DNA from: Candidatus Aminicenantes bacterium
GTDB taxonomy: Bacteria; Acidobacteriota; Aminicenantia; Aminicenantales; Aminicenantaceae
NCBI GenBank assembly: GCA_011772495.1
Contig: WVZL01000003.1
Location: 370-64,369, forward strand
Direction: 5' to 3'
Length of the DNA: 64,000 nt
The notes beneath the pieces are model-generated. The model saw nothing but the letters and a program-made list of their open reading frames with translations, was not told the origin of the DNA and did not search any database. Each line of letters starts with the position of its first letter. Position 1 is the first letter of the stretch. Of this stretch, positions 56,951 through 64,000 are shown in pieces. Made by a program: the position numbers and the translations under genes.

Positions 56951-58852
56951 CTAAAACAATAAATAGCCTAAAAAGAGAATAACTCCAAAAAGGAAGACAA
57001 GGGCATAGTCTTTGATCAACCCTGTCTGTAAATAGCTTAAGATTTTTCCTGAAAGTCCAGTGACTGAAGCAGAGCCGTTGACCGCCCCATCAATGACCTT
57101 CAGGTCAAAATTGTCATAAACGATTTCAGAGCCTCTGACAACCGGCTTCACAAAGACGGCATTATAAATTTCATCCACATAGTATTTGTTATAAAGAAGC
57201 TTATAGACGTACGGGAACTTGGCATTAAGCTGGTGAGGAGTCTGAGGTTTTTTAATATAGAAAATATAGGCAAGGTAAATGCCGAAAAGGGCAACGGCTA
57301 CTGAAATTATAATGAGCAGCCATTCGGTTTGAATGCTCAGATGGACCTCATGTCCTGGTCTCATAACTGGTTCCAAGAACTTATTGAACCAGTTTAGCTT
57401 CTCGCCAAAAACAGCCGGAACTCCGATGAAGCCGGCTATTATCGAGAAAAAGGCCAGGATGCCAAGGGGGATGGTCATGACTGGAGGAGACTCGTGGAGA
57501 TGTTCTTTGGCTTCAGGTTCCAGGCGTTCTTCCCCCTGAAAAGTCAGAAAGATCAGACGAAACATGTAAAAGGCAGTAAGAATCGCCCCCAAAACACCAA
57601 GAATCCAGATGAAATACTGCTTGTTGGCAAAGGCTTGAGTCAAAATAGCATCTTTGGAGAAAAATCCTGATAGAAAGGGGACTCCGGCTATGGCTATAGC
57701 GCCAATCAGAAAAGCAGGGTAGGTGAAGGGAAGGTATTTTCTTAGCCCTCCCATCTTTCTCATATCCAATTCTCCAGAAAGAGCGTGCATCACACTTCCA
57801 GCTGACAAGAAGAGGAGGCTTTTGAAGAAGGCATGAGTGTATAGATGAAACATGCCCGCAGAATAGGCTCCCACACCGCAGCCGATAAACATGTATCCGA
57901 TTTGAGAGATAGTGGAATAAGCTAATACTCTCTTGATATCATTCTGGGTTAAAGCCATGGTAGCGGCATAGACTGCAGTCACTGCTCCGATGACTCCCAC
58001 GACGAGAGCCGCTGTTCCAGATAGAGTGTAGAGAAGATTCATCCGGCAGACCATGTAGACTCCGGCTGTGACCATGGTGGCCGCATGGATAAGAGCACTG
58101 ACCGGTGTGGGGCCTTCCATGGCGTCTGGTAGCCAGACATAGAGAGGAATTTGGGCTGATTTGCCAACAGCTCCCATGAATAAAAGCAGAGCGATAAGAG
58201 TCGCCAGCCCCTGGGTGACGGCTCCCCCTGAAATAGCCTGGTTGATAGCAGTGAATTCAGCGCTTCCGATATGAACAAAGATAAAAAAGATCCCCAACAG
58301 GAAGCCAAGATCACCAATCCTGGTAACGATAAAGGCTTTTTTTCCGGCATTGGCTGCTGAATCCTTTTCGAACCAGAAACCGATCAATAAATAGGAACAT
58401 AGACCCACGCCTTCCCAGCCCACAAACATCAGAACAATGTTGGAGGACATAACCAGCAGGAGCATAGCAAAGGTGAAGAGGTTTAAATAAGTGAAATAAC
58501 GGGAATAGCCTTTATCTTTATCCATGTAGCCGACCGAATAAACATGAATAATGAAGCCAACTCCTGAGACGACCATGGCCATGACTGCTGACAACGGATC
58601 AAACTGAAGGGAGAAGTTGATCGTAAAGCTGCCAGAGGCAATCCATGTGAAAAGCGATTTTATAAGGGGATAGCTCTCCTGGCTTATCTTAAGCAGCCCA
58701 AAGAAGGAAATGACCGAGATGATGAAGGAGGCAAAGACAGCCAGGCAGGCCTGGAAGGAGATGTATTTTTTCGGCAGTGTCCTTCCAAAAATTGCTAATA
58801 TAAAAGAGCTTAACAGGGGAAGGAATGGAATAAGCCAGAAAATCTCAGTCAT
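56951..58852 (-). CDS. nuoL: NADH-quinone oxidoreductase subunit L
   Basis: 633 aa with WLPDAMEGPTPVSALIHAATMV and the C-terminal lateral-helix extension. Confidence 0.9.
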   Translation of the reverse strand: MTEIFWLIPFLPLLSSFILAIFGRTLPKKYISFQACLAVFASFIISVISFFGLLKISQESYPLIKSLFTWIASGSFTINFSLQFDPLSAVMAMVVSGVGFIIHVYSVGYMDKDKGYSRYFTYLNLFTFAMLLLVMSSNIVLMFVGWEGVGLCSYLLIGFWFEKDSAANAGKKAFIVTRIGDLGFLLGIFFIFVHIGSAEFTAINQAISGGAVTQGLATLIALLLFMGAVGKSAQIPLYVWLPDAMEGPTPVSALIHAATMVTAGVYMVCRMNLLYTLSGTAALVVGVIGAVTAVYAATMALTQNDIKRVLAYSTISQIGYMFIGCGVGAYSAGMFHLYTHAFFKSLLFLSAGSVMHALSGELDMRKMGGLRKYLPFTYPAFLIGAIAIAGVPFLSGFFSKDAILTQAFANKQYFIWILGVLGAILTAFYMFRLIFLTFQGEERLEPEAKEHLHESPPVMTIPLGILAFFSIIAGFIGVPAVFGEKLNWFNKFLEPVMRPGHEVHLSIQTEWLLIIISVAVALFGIYLAYIFYIKKPQTPHQLNAKFPYVYKLLYNKYYVDEIYNAVFVKPVVRGSEIVYDNFDLKVIDGAVNGSASVTGLSGKILSYLQTGLIKDYALVFLFGVILFLGYLLF

Positions 58853-58853
58853 T

Positions 58854-59156
58854 TTAGCCTTTCATTAAATTCATATCTTCTGATTTTATCGTCTTTTTCT
58901 GTCGGAAGATTAAGAGAATGATGGCCAGACCCACAGCTGCTTCGGCTGCGGCTACGGTAATGATAAAAAAGACAATAACCTGGCCATGAAGGGAATTCAA
59001 GGCTCGAGCAAAAGCAATGAAAGCCAGATTCCCAGCATTGAGCATGACCTCTATGGATAAGAACTGGGTAATGAGGTCTCTTTTCACAAAGAAAGCAATG
59101 ACCCCCAGGATGAATAGAATGACACTGAGGATAAAGAAGTAGCTTCCAGGAATCAT
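58854..59156 (-). CDS. nuoK: NADH-quinone oxidoreductase subunit K
   Basis: 100 aa with 3 TM helices and the conserved E residues in IEVMLNA and AAAEAAVGLA. Confidence 0.9.
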   Translation of the reverse strand: MIPGSYFFILSVILFILGVIAFFVKRDLITQFLSIEVMLNAGNLAFIAFARALNSLHGQVIVFFIITVAAAEAAVGLAIILLIFRQKKTIKSEDMNLMKG

Positions 59157-59650
59157 TCTTCTTCTTTCTTCTTGACTAAAATAATGGCTCCCACCAAAGC
59201 AGCTATGATCAGGATAGAAGTGATCTCAAAAGGATAAAGATATTCTGTGAAAAGCAGCTTACCTAAGGCTTTAGGGCTGGCAATTTCTTCCCCTCCTGGA
59301 CCAGTCAAGGCCTGGAAAGACCCTCTGGCAGCAAGTATGAGTTCTACAATAAGGATAAAAGCCAGAACAGCAGAGAGATAAATCGTCCATTTTTTCTTCT
59401 CAGGGGGGATGCCTTCCCGTAGGTTAATCATCATGATCACAAAAATAAAGAGCACCATTATGGCGCCGGCATAAATGATGATCTGAACCACGGCTATAAA
59501 TGGGGCACTGAGAAGCCCGAAAATACCCCCGAGCGCAGCAAAAGCAAGGACTAAGAGAAGGGCATTGTAGGCTTGGTTTCGGGAAAATATCATTCCCACC
59601 ACAGCCCCCACACAGACAATCGCCAGCAGAAAAAATAGGAAGTGGGCCAT
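59153..59650 (-). CDS. nuoJ: NADH-quinone oxidoreductase subunit J
   Basis: 165 aa with 5 TM helices. It is the first gene of the J-K-L-M-N block. Confidence 0.85.
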   Translation of the reverse strand: MAHFLFFLLAIVCVGAVVGMIFSRNQAYNALLLVLAFAALGGIFGLLSAPFIAVVQIIIYAGAIMVLFIFVIMMINLREGIPPEKKKWTIYLSAVLAFILIVELILAARGSFQALTGPGGEEIASPKALGKLLFTEYLYPFEITSILIIAALVGAIILVKKKEEE

Positions 59651-59664
59651 TTTTTAAGTTTCTC

Positions 59665-59694
59665 ATTATATTTATTGTATTTAGGCAATGTCAA
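59665..59694 (-). promoter_or_regulatory. near-consensus sigma-70 promoter for nuoJKLMN (TTGACA-N18-TATAAT)
   Basis: On the minus strand, TTGACA is at 59694-59689 and TATAAT is at 59670-59665. Only 14 nt separate the -10 element from the nuoJ ATG. Confidence 0.55.
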
Positions 59695-59922
59695 GGAAAT
59701 TCTCAAGAAAGATTATCGCAGTCTTATTATTTGAAATTTGTGGATATGGGGGGTTCTTTTTTTGAATGGGGATGGTTCGATTTTTTCGTCATGGTTTGCT
59801 TTCTAATCTCCTGTTTTCTTCAAAAAAAAATGAACTGTCCCCGAATTTGTCCCTGAATTTCAGACAAGAGAAGGAGTATTTTGGGTACAATTTTCTCTTT
59901 TGGAGACGTTTATCAGGTTTTT

Positions 59923-59950
59923 TTGACAAATCAGAAAATTTTGCTATAAT
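59923..59950 (+). promoter_or_regulatory. near-consensus sigma-70 promoter for tRNA-fMet (TTGACA-N16-TGcTATAAT)
   Basis: TTGACA at 59923-59928 and an extended -10 TGCTATAAT at 59942-59950, 11 nt before the tRNA 5' end. Confidence 0.6.
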
Positions 59951-59961
59951 GGTATCGGTAT

Positions 59962-60038
<77 letters not shown>

Positions 60039-60121
60039 TCTTATTTATCAACCATTTACGTAAATTCCCATCTCAAAAGGGCCCATAACCCGTTCTTTAG
60101 CCCCCCATATAGGAGGCATTT

Positions 60122-60678
60122 ATGACCACTACTTTGAAAGGGATGGTGTCTGCCTTTCTGTCAACCAGGAGGCTAAGGAACTTAAGCCCCAACACAATCA
60201 CTTTTTACAGCCAGCATCTCAACAAGTTCCTGGAGTTTATGGAGTCACATTATCCGGATGTATCTCTGGAGCAGATTGATCACTCGATTTTGAGGGAGTA
60301 TGTTTCAGGAATCAAAGAAAGCCACACACCTGGAGGTGTAAACCACCACATCAAAGTACTGAAGATTCTCTTTAAGTTTATGGTCGAGGAAGGAGTGATT
60401 AGTGATAATCCTTCTAAAAAGGTTTCTAGGATCAGGACTGACCAAACTGCTATTGCTACGTTCTCTAATAGCCAAATTATGGCTATGCTTGAAACACAAA
60501 GTATCAGATGGATTTTCCAGGAATCAGAAATTACGCATTAATCACTTTGCTATATGATACCGGTTGCAGGATATCAGAATTACTAGAGCTCAAAGTTGAT
60601 GATATTCAGGTCGGTGAGAAAATCTGAACAGTCAATTGCAAAGGAGGAAAGGGAAGGGTTGTACCTTTGGGAGAATAG
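60122..60678 (+). pseudogene. tyrosine recombinase/phage integrase relic (frameshifted, in-frame stop, C-terminally truncated)
   Basis: The 139-aa ORF has a SAM-like N-domain (NTITFYSQHLNKFLEF...HHIKVLKILFKFMVEEGVISDNP). The homology continues in another frame from ~60526 (RNYALITLLYDTGCRISELLELKVDDI), then hits TGA at 60625. It resumes with CKGGKGRVVPLGE and ends at TAG 60676-60678. The HxxR and Tyr regions are absent. Confidence 0.75.
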
Positions 60679-60853
60679 TTGAGATTGGCAAACGAAGTGA
60701 AAGCGTCGAGGTTTGAACTGCTGCTTTCTCCGAATTCTCCCCATCTATTATCATTTGCTCCGAAATACTCCTGACACGGATCAATTTGAACTTTTATCTG
60801 TAAATCGACCTTGCCGTGTTTTTGAAAGTGGATGTGAAGCCATAGACTTTAAT

Positions 60854-60887
60854 AAAAAAGGGGAAGCTTGCGAGCTTCCCCTTTTTT
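60854..60887. terminator. bidirectional rho-independent terminator
   Basis: A6, the 9-bp stem GGGGAAGCT, the loop TGCG, the stem AGCTTCCCC, then T6. It lies 18 nt downstream of the minus-strand receptor gene stop. Confidence 0.8.
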
Positions 60888-60905
60888 GTAAACGGCTTGA
60901 GCTCT

Positions 60906-63581
60906 TTAGAAAACTAAACGAATACCTAGCTGAGCTCTCCTGGGTAAAACGTAACCTGATGGTGCCAAGTAGGCGTCGCTTGCTGCATTAGTACTGCCGA
61001 CCCAGTAGTTGTAGTCGGCATTAAAGACGTTCCATACGTCTATCAAGAGTTTTAATCTGACTGTTTTCCAGACTCCGAACTCTTTTTCCAGTCTTAGATC
61101 CAAATATGTCGGGCTAGGATATCTTTTGCTTCCTCTTTCTTCAGCTGCTACCCATACGCGTCCCTGATCCAGCCATATCGGTATCTCGCGGTTAAAAGGT
61201 CTCCCTTGCTCATAAGCAAAATAGGCGCTGAGCATTATCCCGTAAGGAAAGATATAGGTTCCACTGATCTTGAATTGAAATTCTCGGTCATAATAGTCCG
61301 GGACTCCGTACATATTGATTAAATCATTCTTATCCCAATAGCCACCGGGGTACTGCTTTGACCTAGACAAAGTCAAACTCCCATCCACCTGCCAGTTGTT
61401 GGAGAGGCGCTTCCTGAAAGCTAAAATTAATGCTCTATAATTAGTTTTATCACCTGGATTGGTAGTTAAATAGAAACTGTCATTTGTCTGATTGTAGATC
61501 TGAATCGTCCGGCTCTCAAATTCATCGTAGTAATCTATAAGCTCATATTCTGCACCAATATTATGGTTGACGACAGCATCCCTTGATTCCTTATAGATAC
61601 CAGTTAAAGAAAGAGAGAAGTCAGGGAATATTTCTCTTTCAATTGCTACGGAAAATGAATCAGAATACGGATTTTTCATATTCCGGTCAATACCTCTATC
61701 AGCTATGGGATCTATATGTTGCCATAGATAATCGTATTCACCTGTATCCCAGTTGTATCCATACCAGTATCTATCGGTTTTCGATGGGGCGCTACCATAA
61801 AACACCCGCAGAAGCATATGGCCATAATACCGACCATAGCTTGCTTTAAATACTGTTTTCCTATCCGCAGTCAATTGGTAAACAAGTCCCAGCCTTGGCG
61901 ACCATGTGTCCCATCTGAGAATGTCCATATCCGCTGGAAATGTTTCTCCTGTTGGGTTTGCGTTTTTATCCAGTTTAGGGTACTCGGGGTAGCCGCCTCG
62001 AGTGTGATCAAATCTGAGACCCAAGTTCAAGGTTAAGCGGTCAGTTACAGACCAACTATCGTCAAGAAAGGCACTGATTCTGTTGGCAACTCCTCCATAT
62101 TCTTCAGGGTCCATAAAAAAGGCATAATAAGGATACCCATCCCAATCGTAATAATACACGTTGCTGTGGTAGCCCCATTTCCATCCAGCCCAGCTGTGGT
62201 TGTAAATAACCCCAAATTTGAACTCGTGGTCACCCTGGAGAAAATCGTCAGCATAATGGGTAACTGTGCCCTGGATTTGATGCTGGCCGGTGGGCCAATC
62301 GCCCCACCAATAAGAGTTTCCTGAATACATCCCAGTAAAAGCATCATAATGTGCAGGAGTCACCCTGTCTCCATCTGCAGCTTCCACTATGAGAGTGACC
62401 CACCATCCGGTATATTTGATATCAAAGAATGTATTTTGACCGAAGACTGAAGTCCAGGAGGCGCCTACTACAGGATTAGATGAATCTTCAGACGTCATGG
62501 TTTCATAAGGTGCAAATTCATAAGGTGTTTCTTCCCATCTGTACCAGTTGATGTCACATGAAAGGGTGAATTTATGATTTTTACTGATTTGCCAGTCAAG
62601 TCTTCCGAACGTAGTATTAAGGCGATATAGGCCAGCTCCAAAAACTGGATCGGCCCCCACTCCAACCGATGTATCAGTCATGAGCTGTCCGGCCCAAAAA
62701 AACCAAAGTTTATCCTTTATTATGGGACCCCCTATAGTCCCAGTAAGCTCATTATACTTATCGCGATAGAAAGGAAATTCTTCGTCGGGTGTATTATTTC
62801 CTGTTAACCAGTCTTCACGATAATAAAAATTGAGAGTGCCTTCAAATTTATTGGAACCAGATTTGCTGATGAGGTTGACAACCATGCCCTGAAAGTTCCC
62901 GTATTCAGCCGGAGCTCCTGATACGATAACATCTAATTCTTCGATCTGATCGGGGTTCGCCCATAACCAGGAACCTGCGTTTTCTGGGTTGGTGGTTTCT
63001 ACCCCTTCAAAGTAATAGGTGTTTGAGGAGGAACTAGACCCGAAGGCCGATTGCCAATTATTCGAGTGGTCTCCTGATGAGCTTGTGATGCCTGGCGTTG
63101 TTCCCACATAATCGAAGAAGGTAAAACGGCGCATTGGGAGGACTTCCATCAATTCTGAGCCGATATTGGTGGAGACCACCGACTTTTGCACATCCACTAT
63201 GGGAGATTCCGCTGTTACTGTGACTCTTTCTTCTAAGGTGGCAGTTTTTAAGATAACATCAGCAGTAACAGTACTAGCAACGTTTACCTGGAGTCTGATC
63301 CTTTTGGTAGTCTGGAAGCCTTCCAAAGTAACGGTTATCTCATATTCTCCAGGCATAAGGTTTGGAAACCTGAACTTCCCTTTATCATTAGTTATAACAG
63401 AACGCTCGCCCCCCAAAAGCTTCTCACCTGAAATTGCAACTGTGGCACCCGGCAAAATCACTCCTTCTGTATCTGTGACTGTACCTGTGATGGTTCCAGT
63501 TCTTATCTGGGCAGAACTCATACTACCCATGAGTAAAAGAACTGTAGAAATAGCTACCATTGATACGATTGTCCTTCTCAT
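60906..63581 (-). CDS. TonB-dependent receptor, Oar-like (CarboxypepD_reg N-domain), paralogue of 32756-35482
   Basis: I moved the start from the GTG at 63608 to the ATG at 63581, which follows AGGAGGAG. It has a signal peptide, GTITGTVTDTEGVILPGATV and the shared GGPIIKDKLWFF block, and it ends in F. Confidence 0.8.
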   Translation of the reverse strand: MRRTIVSMVAISTVLLLMGSMSSAQIRTGTITGTVTDTEGVILPGATVAISGEKLLGGERSVITNDKGKFRFPNLMPGEYEITVTLEGFQTTKRIRLQVNVASTVTADVILKTATLEERVTVTAESPIVDVQKSVVSTNIGSELMEVLPMRRFTFFDYVGTTPGITSSSGDHSNNWQSAFGSSSSSNTYYFEGVETTNPENAGSWLWANPDQIEELDVIVSGAPAEYGNFQGMVVNLISKSGSNKFEGTLNFYYREDWLTGNNTPDEEFPFYRDKYNELTGTIGGPIIKDKLWFFWAGQLMTDTSVGVGADPVFGAGLYRLNTTFGRLDWQISKNHKFTLSCDINWYRWEETPYEFAPYETMTSEDSSNPVVGASWTSVFGQNTFFDIKYTGWWVTLIVEAADGDRVTPAHYDAFTGMYSGNSYWWGDWPTGQHQIQGTVTHYADDFLQGDHEFKFGVIYNHSWAGWKWGYHSNVYYYDWDGYPYYAFFMDPEEYGGVANRISAFLDDSWSVTDRLTLNLGLRFDHTRGGYPEYPKLDKNANPTGETFPADMDILRWDTWSPRLGLVYQLTADRKTVFKASYGRYYGHMLLRVFYGSAPSKTDRYWYGYNWDTGEYDYLWQHIDPIADRGIDRNMKNPYSDSFSVAIEREIFPDFSLSLTGIYKESRDAVVNHNIGAEYELIDYYDEFESRTIQIYNQTNDSFYLTTNPGDKTNYRALILAFRKRLSNNWQVDGSLTLSRSKQYPGGYWDKNDLINMYGVPDYYDREFQFKISGTYIFPYGIMLSAYFAYEQGRPFNREIPIWLDQGRVWVAAEERGSKRYPSPTYLDLRLEKEFGVWKTVRLKLLIDVWNVFNADYNYWVGSTNAASDAYLAPSGYVLPRRAQLGIRLVF

Positions 63582-63656
63582 AGTTCTCCTCCTTTTAATT
63601 TTTTTCACCTTGATTGGAATAGGAATTCTTCATCAGAATCCTTTGTTTATATCTTA

Positions 63657-63685
63657 AAATTATTTTAGAAAATTGGTTTTGTCAA
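63657..63685 (-). promoter_or_regulatory. possible sigma-70 promoter for the receptor gene (TTGACA-N17-TAATTT)
   Basis: On the minus strand, TTGACA is at 63685-63680 and TAATTT is at 63662-63657. Confidence 0.3.
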
Positions 63686-64000
63686 GATTTTTTTCGCAAT
63701 TAATTTGTATAGATTTCTATTTTTTGTCTTGTTTCTCTATTTCAGGATTTCTTGGAGCCTGCTAAAATATTTATCGCTGGGTGTGACATTGTCTACGGCC
63801 TCATGGGAGCGGTGGTTGTTGCAATATTCTATCTATTCTCCAACCCCGTACGTCCAACTCTCTTGGGGAATAGTAGAGATCAAAGACCTGAGCGTCACTA
63901 ATCCTATGGAAGGAGTTCACTTATTTGCAAATTCTCTAATATTTTTAATACAATTACTCATGAATATTAGTGAGATAATCTCAATTTAGTGACGGAAGGA

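Noticed and set aside
60039-60900. I searched for a direct repeat of the tRNA-fMet 3' end (attR) downstream of the integrase relic. ATTTGAAC near 60783-60790 is the reverse complement of GTTCAAAT.
   Set aside because: It is only 8 nt and in the wrong orientation for an att duplication, so it is consistent with chance.
63705-63989. A 94-aa plus-strand ORF and a 92-aa ORF (60713-60991) near the second receptor gene.
   Set aside because: Both are low-complexity, lack an SD and have no family motifs. One of them runs through the terminator hairpin and into the receptor gene's 3' end.

Overview
This is a 64-kb chromosomal segment of moderate GC content. It looks like an uncultured Gram-negative bacterium of the Acidobacteriota/Aminicenantes type. 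That guess is inference only, based on an acidobacterial-type VWA protein, two Oar-like CarboxypepD_reg TonB-dependent receptors and many exported peptidases. I can support about 50 protein genes, 3 tRNAs (Ser-CGA, Ser-GGA, initiator Met) and RNase P RNA. Housekeeping blocks are hflKC, thrC, tadA, dnaX-ybaB-recR, a four-subunit 2-oxoacid:ferredoxin oxidoreductase, nuoJKLMN and two NtrC-type sigma-54 activators. The accessory content is dominated by peptide and amino-acid scavenging. One part is a dcyD-like/DppA-like/dehydratase operon at 4.2-7.3 kb. The other is a 13.7-kb same-strand locus (21.8-35.5 kb) that starts with a TonB-dependent receptor, carries an AGAT-like amidinotransferase, a TrpB-like PLP enzyme, a D-aminoacylase, an S9 peptidase, a beta-lactamase-fold hydrolase and an M14 carboxypeptidase, and faces a divergent Lrp/AsnC regulator. 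I found no rRNA, CRISPR array, intact transposase or recognisable defence system. Items most worth a second look: (1) the peptide-utilisation-like locus and its amidinotransferase/PLP pair; (2) an unassigned SelA-like PLP protein next to ornithine aminotransferase; (3) a ~300-bp nested palindrome (MITE-like) between rnpB and nuoN; (4) the sigma-54 activator CDS running 91 nt into rnpB; (5) an A9 slippery tract in dnaX at the gamma/tau boundary; (6) decayed partial duplicates of the dcyD-like gene 5' region; (7) three near-consensus sigma-54 promoters; (8) a tRNA-fMet-linked integrase relic. All functional calls come from motifs and family resemblance read by eye. No BLAST, HMM or RNA-folding software was run.
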